A stretch of DNA of 62,839 nucleotides, the filler included, from Choristocarpus tenellus KU-1152 (lineage: Eukaryota > Protista > Phaeophyceae): the NCBI GenBank assembly GCA_964200185.2. It is 8 parts of 8 records of this genome, joined end to end, with 100 filler letters (N's around TTAATTAATTAA, not from the genome) between each part and the next. Parts side by side here need not be neighbours in the genome. Positions count along the whole stretch, not along the records: positions 11,522 to 33,225 come from CAXNAD020000329.1; positions 33,326 to 40,281 come from CAXNAD020006975.1; 6 more parts are not named here. One strand, given 5' to 3'. The notes below the pieces were generated by a model. That model did no database searches and had not been told where the DNA came from. It saw only the letters and a list, made by a program, of their open reading frames with translations. This document shows, in pieces, positions 25,890 to 37,659 of this stretch. Position 1 is the stretch's first letter; each line of letters opens with the position of its first letter. Made by a program: the position numbers and the translations under genes.

Positions 25890-26620
25890 CGAACCCCTTG
25901 TGCCATTAATGGAAGAACTGTCCTGCTCAACTATGGAGAGTACGTACACATACCTCCACCAGTGGACTATTCTCTGCCTCCTGTGCTCTGTGCTCCTCTG
26001 TCACCAGTGGCCAGTCTTAATGCCGGTTTCATAAACACCATTACGACCGGGAAGTCCTAGATTTATATATTGTGCCTCTTGTCTATTTATTGTTATTTAG
26101 TCATGGTAAGGGTGCACATTTCCTCATCCTTTGTGGCAGTCCTTTTTGTATACCCCAATCAAAGCAATAAAGTGAATAATCAAAGGGAGAGGTCCAGCAT
26201 ATTTAATAATATTTATGTTTATGCCCCCCTCTACAAGCCTCATCTTCAACCAACAGGCTTGTGGACCGAAGCTATAAATCCTGTGAAGTAAGCCGCAGAG
26301 TTTTGTATCACCTCCTCTGCAATGCCTAGAACTCCCAACTCCATCTGCCTACAAATGCCTATGTTGTTCTCATTATATAATCCTGTACGGATTTTGGTTG
26401 TGGGGTCTAGAACAGCTAGGATCTGCTCCCACGTAAACTCTCTGGGCTGCCTTTTCTCACCCTCAGAGCACTGGGCAATATTCCTCCCTATACCAAAGCG
26501 GTTCACCAAATCAGATAAGATCGCACTTGCACACTGGCAGCACATAGACTATGACACATGTTACCCTTCCCCGTTGAATGTTATACTGACCACGCACTCC
26601 AGATTCTGTGTGTTCACCTG
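25890..26620 (-). mobile_element. Probable hAT transposase relic (copy 2)
   Basis: LVNRFGIGRNIAQCSEGEKRQPREFTWEQILAVLDPTTK...GICRQMEL, followed by frameshifted NSP/HWWR and P*LSRTVL, which resemble the hAT dimerisation domain. Confidence 0.55.
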
Positions 26621-27717
26621 ATTTTTCACATAACTTGCCATCATCAGGATTCCATACAGGGAAGGGACACGCTGTGGGTAATTTGATGTTATACCCTCAT
26701 AAGGTGCCCACCCTCACGGAGTACCTGGGTAAACCATGGCTTATTATGCATTACTGGATATGTTTATGATGCTTCTGTGATTGGGGAAGTTTATGAAGTA
26801 ATCTGAGTTTTGCGGGCGGGAGAATTCTGGTAGGATGGACGTACAGGTAAGGAAGGGTGATTAGAGAAAAATAAAAACATCGAAGGGTGGAGGAATAGTT
26901 AAATATTGAGTGGCTAGGAGATAGAAGAGGTGGGAGAGAAGATAAAGAAGTGGGTAGTAGGTGGAAGCACAAGGCAGGAAGGAATGGTCAGCACGTAAGG
27001 AAAAACCGGAGGCTGGGGGTACGGGACAAGCAGGGCTAGAACACGACGACCTCTGAGCAATCTCTCCCACCCACCCAACCTCTCCCTTGCTGCGATTGTC
27101 TGGGATGTGCTGGGTAAGGGGGGAGGTCAAGTTCGGGTGGGGTGGATGTCTTCTAGTTCAAAGGCATGGTACGTAGTGGTGATGAAGGGGTGTTCTTGGA
27201 TGACTGCGGAGTGGTGCTGAGTGGTGTGGGGGAGCGGAAAGTTGTGGAAAGTGTTGTGGTGTTGAGTGGTGTTGAGTGGTGTGGGGGAGTGGAAAGTGGT
27301 GTGGGTTTGGGTGAGGTTGAAGGGTGAGGTGGTGAATGGAAATCAGTGGCGACAGGGTCGCACTGGTTGGTCATCGGATGCAGGGGGTGAACGGAAATTA
27401 GTGGTTGGTCATCAGAGGTGACTGGTGACCGGAAATCAGTGGTGGAAGGTGCTCACACTACTGGTTGGTCACAAATTGTGGTGCAAAGGATACGTTTGTA
27501 GGTTTTGTTGGTCTAACATTTCTAAGAAGAAAATATAATTAATCCATGTAATTGGTCTCAACATTTTCTATTTCGATAAACTACGATTCTATCGAATCGG
27601 ACCAATTTAATCACTACGATTCATAACTTGATGATGATGATACCTCGTCGCACCTTCACAATTTTATATCTACCCTTTGTCAATTATTGTAGAACGTCCC
27701 CATTTTTAGCATCAAGA

Positions 27718-30642
27718 ATGCATATAGAACACCTGGATGCTTCACGTGTGGAAGAGATGAGGGGGGGCGGGGCAACAGGTTTGGGTGTACAGACGCACTC
27801 CATCGAGGTGCCTAGGTCTCGGTTCCCATACTGCATTGTCTGGACACCCCTCCCACCCATTACTTGGGTACTTCCTTTCATAGGTGATTAGGACTGCTGA
27901 CAACACACGAAAATGTATTTTTCAGTACGTTGAAGTACGTCTTCCTTACACTCTTGCTGACATTTCGAATCCTTGTGGCCTCGACCAGGGTTAGAGACTC
28001 CATTTAATATCACCATTCGTAAGTGTTGTCCATAGACACTTCTTGATCATCACAATTTTCTCTTATTCAATATTGCCGATATCGTGAACGGAAGATGCTT
28101 CTGCTTTGCTATCCTATGAAAATCTCGCATTTGTGAGGCGTCATTTGACCCTTTGCTGCGCCTTGCAGGGGTTCCACAGTTTAATTCCTCTCGAGATCAT
28201 TTGGTGTATCAGGAAGTATGGTGCATTTATTGCCCTAGCCCATCACCTGGAAGCGCCCACTGTTAATCTGTTTTGAAAGATATACGCGACATGAAGATTT
28301 AAGGTCGGACGGCTTATGATGTAAGCATGGGCGGCAAATGCCTGATAGATTCCATAACTATTACCAGTACCATGCCTTTGACATAGTGGCAGGTCTTCAA
28401 ATGTCCACCTGCGCAGCAAGGTCATGATCGTAGGTAGGGAGTAGTTGGCGTCCTATTGTAGAGTTTTTTTCCGCAGGAAACAAATAATCATTGGCCCAAG
28501 CTCTAATCCACAAACGTGTCAAATTACTCTACAATGAATATTCTCGCACCTACCATGTATATCCGTGGATTATACCCAATTTTTACCCCACTAGCAAGTG
28601 AGCTCCACATAAAGATCCATTTTACCACCCCAAATGACTTGAGAGTGCCTGCGTGAAAGTGCTTATGCAGCATTGAAAATGCCTTCCATGTCTGCACCCT
28701 GTCTTCCCCTGACTGACTGACCTACCTGCTCTGGTCTCTGGTCCCCAATTGTACAAGGCCATATGGGTATCGCAGACTCTCAGGGGATAATTTACGATTT
28801 TGCAGGACCCTACCATATTGGAGAAGATTGTATGGCTTTCGGAAAACCCACTCGCTATCTCCAGTTAGACCCTGGGAGGTGCACCCAGGAAGAGTGGGAT
28901 GAAGCTGTGTCACGATCTTGTGATATCTATAGGTAAGATCGGGTTTTGGATTAATGGGGATGCCGCATTTCACTTGAATACTTTCTTTTTGTAATCTATC
29001 TCTGTCCCAAATCCTCTTTTTAAAGTGCAGACCCAACTTTTTCAAAGATGAAATATTGTTTTGTTTGGTTTGATGGAGGAAGACCCTTCACATGTTGTCA
29101 ATGGAAGCGTGTTCATGTTGATTATGGAGGACATACTATTGGACATAGAAGTCGAGAGATAACTCTGGAAAAATGTGGGGGTGAAAATATGCCCGACAGC
29201 TGTTGTAGATTGTGACACATCATATCCCAATTCATCCCCTGGAGAAATTCAACTCTAGCCAATTTAATGACCAGAGGGTGAGAAAGAAGTGGAGCCATGA
29301 GAACATGTTTTGAACAAGACAAACTACATGTTGGGGCTCTACAGCAAGAAGAAAATTTCCAGCAACACCATTCAAATGAGATGACGATGCAGGTCAACCC
29401 TTCATTCATATTCCCGATTGAATTGATTGTATCACATCTGAGACATCTTGCCAATATTTCCTGCTGGTCCTGTGACTGTTGCAAGTGGCCTACATTTATT
29501 TCAGTTTCAGTTGTTGTATGCAGGGAAATCTCAGCAAGCTTCCATGCTCACCTGAAAAACACCTACTCTTTGGTAAGGAGCCAGAAAAAATTAACAGTTA
29601 TAGTCCTGGCAAAATTTCAACAGTGAAAAGAGCCTTTCAACTGTTTCTTCGCTACTTTAACTGCATCTAGAGGTCAAGTGTCTTTGGTGCCAGGTGACCT
29701 AAAATATTACAAAGCTTTTAGATATGTGTGTTCATTTCCCCACCTACCCGTATGTATATGTAAAATCATGTTGCTATCCTACATGCATTTATGACTCCCA
29801 CAATCAGGTAGAGAGTGCATGATATTTGGCACGATGCATGAAACCTTTCCAACAGTGGGGTTTCCACCACATATTCATATGCATCCTGTGGGGTAATTCC
29901 ATCCTAGACCATGTGGAATTTTCTTTTTCTTCATCTTACATTTACTTTTTGTATGTAACAGTCAATGTCATTCATCAAGTACTTCAATATATCTCGTCCT
30001 TGGGTACCTTGCATAGCACAACTTTTCCCAGTTAGCATGAGCCCTTGCATGAGGGTCCACTGCAGAGAGCAAACGTCAATTGATCAATCAACCACCATTA
30101 TGTGCACAAGAATAATCCAGGCCTCATAAGGGGTTAGAGTTAGGGTTAGGGTTGGTAGTTCACTGTTGGAGAGTAGATTAATGTTATAGATGTAAGAATA
30201 GTATCCCTGAGGACAGAGATTGCACCTCATCTGATTATCATTATCAGTGATTGAACCAAGTAGTCAACTTCAGCTAATATCCAAAATTCTTGGTCTATGC
30301 AAACCACTCTATACTGCTGTATACTTTAGGACACCCGCTGATGTTCCTCCGCCTCTTTCAGCTGCTTCCTTCCCACCCCCTGCATTCGATCACTGCCTTG
30401 TGTCCAACCATGTTTTGATATGCACAAATAGGAAGAGGATGCACAACATATGCTGTGATAATTGCCACTCTCATGTGGCTGTGGCATTGTGTCGCATGGC
30501 ATACTCTGGTGTGGAGAGGTGGAACATGATTGTGCTGTGCTTCTGGATGTTTTTTTTTGGAAACTTTGTTTCAATTGCAGGTGTATTAAAGCAATGGTCA
30601 CCTTTTTGTGTGGGTCTGGCGCTCTATCTCATCCTTAGGTAG
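27718..30642 (+). CDS. TMEM222: TMEM222 / RTE1-like membrane protein, complete, 183 aa
   Basis: Exons 27718-27883, 28758-28932 and 30432-30642 (552 nt) give RFPYCIVWTPLPPITWVLPFIG|HMGIADSQGIIYDFAGPY...MAFGKPTRY...WDEAV...RMHNICCDNCHSHVAVAL, the family signature. Confidence 0.95.
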
Positions 30643-33225
30643 CAACTCTTGTGAGCTGCTTCCTGAGTTGTATATGCCTAAACAAAGGCAATTCGATTCC
30701 CTGGCAATAACCTCAAACCCTGACAGAGTGTAAGAGGAAAGTCTGTGAGACCGGAATCACATCTTACTATTCGGACTATTGGTAGATGCAGGTCCATTCC
30801 TGTATAAAGAGTCCAAGCAATTCCAACCAGAAATAGTATGTGGTCTTCCATTGTGGGAAATTATTATTTTTTCGCAGTGAAGGGCAGAAGGTGACCCATT
30901 TTCAGCAACACATTTTAGAGGCACAAATTTGTATAAGAGTATATGCTATAAAGTGAATGTTAATCCCAACTTGAACTAGCACCAGGGTTCTGAACCCAGA
31001 AATTCCTTTCAGCCTTGATATCCTTGGACCTACATGAGTGTTAAGCCTTCGTAGACTGTTGAAATCATTGCACAAAAGGAAGTTACTGCTGAACGTATCA
31101 CTTCTACTCTGAGGGGGGGTTGATGAGGACCATTGCCCTCAAGAGTGGATTTTGGTCATGTGGAGTATTGCTTTTCCAGCTATAGTGTAATTTGGATGAA
31201 ACCAGTCTTAATATGATAGCGCAAAGATATACTGTAGGATCTAAATAGCGTATTGCTAGGGAGAGGAGACTAGAAAGGTCAGGGGGCAAGGTAAATTATT
31301 TGAGGTGTTTCTTCAGATGCAGTTGATGCATGGATGCCAGCTGCCATCCTTTCTAGTGTTAATTATACGAGAAGGATGTGAAGTTATACAATTGATAGAC
31401 AAATATATACCACAGTTTCTACACACAGAGACCTGTACCACTTCCTCAGAGGGGCCCTTGTACACCATCATATGTGTCACAGGAAAAGAATTGGGGTAAT
31501 GAAGTATTTTGTGGTGATTAGGATTTGGGTGGTATGAGAGTTAATTCAACTTCCCGTAGTGACAACATGTTCTCGAGAAGGTGGATATTATGATTCCACG
31601 TTCGGAAGCGAGAACAATGTCATCAAGATAAATCAGTAAGGCCATGGTTGGTCCCAGAGTTCAAATGTTTCTGACATAAAGCATTGATATATCCATTGAG
31701 CGTTAGTAATGGCAAACAGTAGGCGTTTGACTTCTTATTTCCCACCAGGTGTGACAGAAGCATTTTATTAGCGTTTGTAGGCATTAGTGATTGGTAGTTG
31801 CCAGCAGACTGAACGAACATCGGCACGTAGCAAGTACTTAGCTCTCCCGTCTGTATCCCGAAATCTTCTATTATTGGTATCAACGGCCAGGAATTACGTA
31901 CCAAATTCTTGCTTAATGAGAGCCTATACTATGATCTACACAAAATCGAGGAGACCTATCAAGTTTTGTATCTATGGTTACTGGTAACGCCCCAGAACTT
32001 GAGGCGGGTTGCATTATCCCTTGATTTTCCATGTCCTCCATGCAACCCTTTGGTGGCGCTCGAAATGGTGGACGATTCCGAGGAACTACAGTACCTTGTT
32101 TAAGTGGAAATTCGACATTGGTATATTGCAACAGCGTAGTTCCTCAGAAGTGCATGATAATTGGGTCAATGTTTAGGAGCAAGGTCAAGGAGTTCTTGTT
32201 CATTACCAGACACACTGTATTTACTAGGACTTCTTTACCAAGAAGTTCTTTTCACTCATTGCTGGAGTGTTTGGACTAGCCACTATAGTACTGGTTTGTG
32301 CTTACGAAAAAGTGTGAATTTGATCCACTGGTCATATGTGACCCGAAAAAAAAAATTGAGGGGGAACTTTGACATCGTGAGTAGAAGGGTTAGGGATTTT
32401 GAATGGGCAGGATCCGTCCTCTTCCCAAACAGTGAAAGACCGACTGACCGTGGTGTCTTTCCATGGAGAGTGGTGAGGATGATTGCTGATGAAGTTCATG
32501 CTCGTCTTGATAGTGGTCTTCACAACATCTTTGACCGATCCTGGCAAGGCCTGGGAACATATTATAACGACTGCTTCGTTTCCAGGATGTAAGTGTGATA
32601 GATGAGTTACATGTACCCGTGTAGTGCTCTCAGTTGTCACTTAAGCAACTGCATTGTCTGGTAAAATGATGAGAACAGTATTTTGGCTGGTGGGTGATGG
32701 TTTAACAATGGGAATAGGAGAAATTTTATATGTGAGTTAAATGCAATCTGTAACGAAGCAGGTCGGTAGTTTGTTTCCAAGAAGTTGGAAGAGGTGAAAA
32801 TACTGAATATGACAACTAACTGTGGCTAAGTATTATTGAATTTCTAAATTCTGAAAAACATCCGTCGACATGTGTAACATATAATAAACAATGTATTCAA
32901 TGGACCGAGAGTTGCTTAAGAATTGAGATATTTTTTTGTCTTTTGCCTATGAACTTTTGAGAATGATTTTGTTGATTCTTATAGCATGGAATTTGTGTCG
33001 GATCAGGAACAGAATATTTTGTTGTTCGTTTGGAATCTATACCAGTTTTCAAAACCTACGAAACAGAGGATTTTCAAAATTGAGGATGGAGCGGGGCTAT
33101 GAGGATGGTTGTTCTGCGAAAACGGAATTATAAACGTACCGAAAGGGTTTTTTTTGCGACTGTTTTTGCACTTGGAAGGGCCCGGGATATGTCCTTTTTT
33201 GGAAATGTTTCGGCACTTTTTAAGG

Positions 33226-33325
33226 NNNNNNNNNNNNNNNNNNNNNNNNNNNNNNNNNNNNNNNNNNNNTTAATTAATTAANNNNNNNNNNNNNNNNNNN
33301 NNNNNNNNNNNNNNNNNNNNNNNNN
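33226..33325. other. Artificial contig linker
   Basis: N44-TTAATTAATTAA-N44. Confidence 0.99.
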
Positions 33326-33951
33326 TACGCCCCCCCCCCGCCCCCCCCACCCCTTTTTATTTTTATTTTAATTCCCCTCTTGTTCCCCCACTTCAAGTGC
33401 ACGCTTTCCAATTTTTGATCGTAGTCTATTCAAACTGAGCAGCCCTCCTGCCCCAACCTTCGAAGTCACCGAGACCCACTATTACAGCCCCACGTTCTTG
33501 TGGTGGCGAGCAGTGAAAGTTTGTTGCCAGTAGCAGCTGCAACATTGCCCGATATTTTCAGCCAGCAATATTCTTGATCTCAAACCAGAATTTCTAGTGT
33601 CTGAGGCCCTCTTCAATCTTGAGTGTGCCCTGTGCTCGCACAGTTTTGTCTCCGAGGACTATGAATGCGTGGAGATATAAGTCAGTCGTCACTCAGCAGT
33701 TGATTGATAACGTCGGAAACATGACCAAAACAAGTGTATCCCAGTCATCTTCCCTCCTTACTCATGGACTCGATACAAGGACAGGAACACTTTGTTGTGT
33801 TAGCTGCATCCCGTGGAGCTTGGAAGGGTCTCATGCCTATTGTGAGGCACGTGAGGAGAGAGATACCCTCCCCCCTCCCCCCTCCCCCCACCGATAAAAA
33901 ATCGCTCCACAAAACAGAATAAATCTCTGCTTCTCACCATCATTTTCTCAG

Positions 33952-34071
33952 GCCGCCGGGGGACAGGTCCTTCAACACTCCGGAGGAAAGGATTGCGAAC
34001 ATCTGGCGCCTGTACGGTACAACAAGGAAGATCCCCTCAATCCCTTCTTTGTGGTCTATGGCAACCGAAAG
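33952..34071 (+). CDS. Exon of a CysQ-like 3'(2'),5'-bisphosphate nucleotidase (inositol monophosphatase family), C-terminal region
   Basis: cag|AAGGQVLQHSGGKDCEHLAPVRYNKEDPLNPFFVVYGNRK|gt; AAGG.V followed by RYNK.D.LNP.F.V.G is the CysQ C-terminal pattern. Upstream exons are probably off-contig. Confidence 0.72.
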
Positions 34072-36927
34072 GTCTGGGGAGGGGGGAGAGGAGGGGGAGG
34101 GAATTGGGGGGGAAGAGTGCCAGGCGTTGGGAAGAGCTCTGGACTGATGCTGGGGGGGGGGTTGCACTGAGGGCCCCCAGGCAGTTTCTTTGCGGCCCTG
34201 GGGCGTTTGGGGTTGGTGCAGTTGCCTTGACCGTTGGATTTGCACTGTTGAGGCGCTGAAGTAAAGGGTAATGCCCTGCTTGGATGAGAGTTTTGTTTTA
34301 TCTTGGCTAGTTTTCTAGTATTTTGTTGAATTGGTCGTTCCGTGAGTTGAGCCATCTGAATGTATGGAGTATTGCCAGCGTCACCTTGTAGTCGGTAAGG
34401 GGGGTCAAGGGCAACGTGCCTTGTTAGGGTGTTGGTCACACTTCAGGCAGAGATTTGTTTTTCCCACTTTGACCTTGGCGCACTACTGATTTCCGATTTA
34501 TTGCCCCATAGCTGTCCCAGTAATGATTTTTTACCATGCAAATGGAATGACATGCAGAGCCGGGCCCGATATTACTTCTTGTTGATTGAGGGGTTTTAGA
34601 CACATGGAAGGCGGTTTTCTCTCTTTTTCTCTTACCAAAGACGCAGAAAAGGCCTTTTGTTTCTTCAGTACTTCATTAAATAGCAGTGGGCTCTTGAGTC
34701 TCCCCCTGACATGTCTACTGCAGGTTGCTCCTTGCATCAGTCGATCTAATGTTGTGCTGTTAACTAGAGATTATACTGAGAAGAATGTACACACATGCAC
34801 AGTACATAGAAGACACTCTCTGTTGTGCCATTGTCGTGGCTGCTGCAGGGGACTCTTTGTTGACGATTTAATTGTGGAAAGGGAAAATATGGGGCAATTA
34901 CCGTCACTGGATGTATTCGACAATCGATTTTTTGCTTGCACTACACGTATATGCTTCGAAGGATTCGAAGAATTGTTCTTTACCATCTCTTGTATTCTTC
35001 TCCTTTAATGCAAAATGCCATTCTTGCCGAGACCTTTGGGTTGGGCTGGTGATGCTGTATGTCTCCATGTCGTAAATTGTAGGTAAGTTTCCATGCGATT
35101 AATGTTTGCAACAGACAATCATTCAACATCTTGCCAACTGTACTAAAATGAGATGTGTGTATGTCTACGGTCCTTGCTTTGCGCATCCTCCCCTTTTGAC
35201 TACCCCATCACAGGTGGCATGAAGGAGAATGTTATGCAGCACAACTTCAACTTGCTCTTCCAGTAGTGATTGTTTGATGTGTCACCAGAGTGCATAATGA
35301 CAGCACTCTGTTGGATGCACATCCCTCCTTGAGTACCCTCATTGCTAAGCTCCTTGTATTTTGCCTTGTTTGTTAGCCAATAATTGTGTCTCCTTCTGAT
35401 GAACATAGTACAGAGGGAAGCTGATCGGCACGGTGTAATACAAGCTGCTTTTTGTGAGGGGTGTACTCTCAACATGCCTTCATCCCATCTTGTATGCCCC
35501 ACTGTTCTATGCACAGAGGATTGTGCGAGACTGACAGGAATTAGTAAGATCAATGTATTTCTGTGTGTTCATTGTAGGATACTGTCTTAGTGTGTATATT
35601 TTTCGTGTCAAAACTCCCATTCTCCAGTGTTGTGAATACCCTTACGATGACACCCAATCTCCCTTTCAGAATACTTTTTTATTTTCTGTAATACACAACC
35701 TAGTTTTATCCCATAAACACATATGAACCCACAGAAGCGGTTTTGTGCATGGGAAAGGTGTGCCAGGGTTGTAGACATAGCAGGTGGATGAAATTTGCAG
35801 GTTGGGTTTTTGAGCTCAAGAAACAATTGGACGAGTTGCCATTATTAATGATACAAACGCGACCACCCCATTTTGTCGAAAAATTAAACGGGAATAGGAC
35901 GAACTCAGATGTATTATATTTCAAGGTAAAACTGTAAGTCAGGTCCACCCACGCATCCATCCTTGAGCTCGGCACAAATTCATGTGTAGTTGTGTTTGTG
36001 CTCTCCTATCCCTTCAAGCAACCAAGGTTCATGGAGATTGCTGTGGAGCCTCTTAAGCTAGATTCGGTATTGCTTGTATGGTGCTATATGTTCCTCCTCC
36101 AATCTGTATATCTCCTTGCCTTTCACTAATCTGATTCGAAGTATATTCGATTTTTCAACAGATTCAGTGAAATGAGTTGTGGATTCCTGTAATAGTTTAT
36201 TCTCCATAGACACTTGATAGCTATGGTAAGAAAAAAAGGAGAGATACCAAAGAAACCAGGTAGTCAATCTGTTTTGTGAATGGATGCTTCCAATTCTACT
36301 TCCTAGTGTACACAATCAAATGGAGGTACAGATCATGGCATTTTCTGGTGGGAAGGAGATCACAATAGAGCTCGTTCATTGTCCAAAGCCAATACGAATA
36401 CACTTTGGAAGGAAGGGGTGATGTGGGCAAATATAACAGCGGAATTTTGACATCCGCTACACTAAGCAGCACCAGGACGAAAGGAAGGGGAAGGGAAGTG
36501 TGTATCCTATAAAGTACCAAACGACCTAGATAAACGTGTTTGTGTATGTTTCACCTTCCAATGTGACTAACAGTGATTCTAAAGAAGGAAAGCATCACAA
36601 GCCACATCGTTGCCGCACCCCATGAAATCGAATAAATTACCTCCTCCTAAGGAGGTTTGGGAAATTGGTTGGTCTGCAGATAGAAGAGAAGGGAAAAGGG
36701 TCTCTGTCTAACAATAGGCACAAATGTCCACCTGCCGCTTTGTGGCTACCGATAGCTATTTCACAACAATAGTCTAAGTGTAGGGTGTGTGCTTGTATGA
36801 ATGAATACTGTGGCTTAGTGGCGTTCAGATATGGATTAAGCTGGAAAAAGCATTCATACATCGCCATCAATCAAGAGCATTGAGTTTACAAAGTGGTCAA
36901 GGCCAACTGTACTGTATGGTACGATCA

Positions 36928-37187
36928 GAGTCAAAGAATCTTAGAGGGTAGAGCCGCGTCCGTTTGGGGGACAAAGTCCAATGTTGCAATTCTTGATGTA
37001 ATTTTGGCTATTATGTTTGTTAGGAGACGTCAATATCCTCGTTCAGGACACACACTTTCATAACGTATACATTTTACCTACTCCAAAATGTTTTGGAGTA
37101 GGAAAATGTCAGTAAAAAAAACATGGGAAGACAAGCCCCAAACAGACAAACAGGGAAAGACTTGTACCCTCTAAGATACTTTCCCTC
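36928..37187. mobile_element. 260-bp MITE with TIRs and 4-bp TSD (ATCA), Sola-like
   Basis: atca|GAGTCAAAGAATCTTAGAGGGTA...TACCCTCTAAGATACTTTCCCTC|atca; homologous along its length to 60161-60418. Confidence 0.88.
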
Positions 37188-37659
37188 ATCAAGCCCATGT
37201 ACAAGGCCACCCAACAGGACTTCTTTCAGGCTTAGCCTGCATCCACCTGCGATTGAAGTGGCAGTACATCCACTCAAAAAACAAAAAAAGCAGATGTGAG
37301 TTACTTATCTCCAATGGGATCACGAAATCAAATACCATTGCAAAGGTAAAGTGTTACCTAGTTCTTTGTACTTGACTACAAGAAGAAAGCATTGTATACC
37401 ATTTTAATTATTTATTGTATGTGATTTGTTGCTGTTCCTAAAAGAGGCATACGAAAAGCCACACAACTAAGATTATACTCCGTAGTAAGTACTATAATAA
37501 AAGGGAACCGTCAGGGCTATGAAGATCAAAGGTTGGTCGAGAGTACAAGGAGGGGGACATAGGCTAGTAGGGACGGTAAAAAGTGACCAACTGTATGTGG
37601 TCGCATATTGTGAACCATACCATTTTGAATAAGAATGTGAAGTTCTTCCCCCTTGTATA

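Noticed and set aside
29050-29650. PVTVAS motif suggesting another hAT dimerisation domain in the TMEM222 intron
   Set aside because: The expected ERxFS does not follow; too weak to call
30700-32640. Possible decayed non-LTR retrotransposon on the minus strand
   Set aside because: Only vague Cys/His spacing; no RT (YADD, QG) or endonuclease motif could be read
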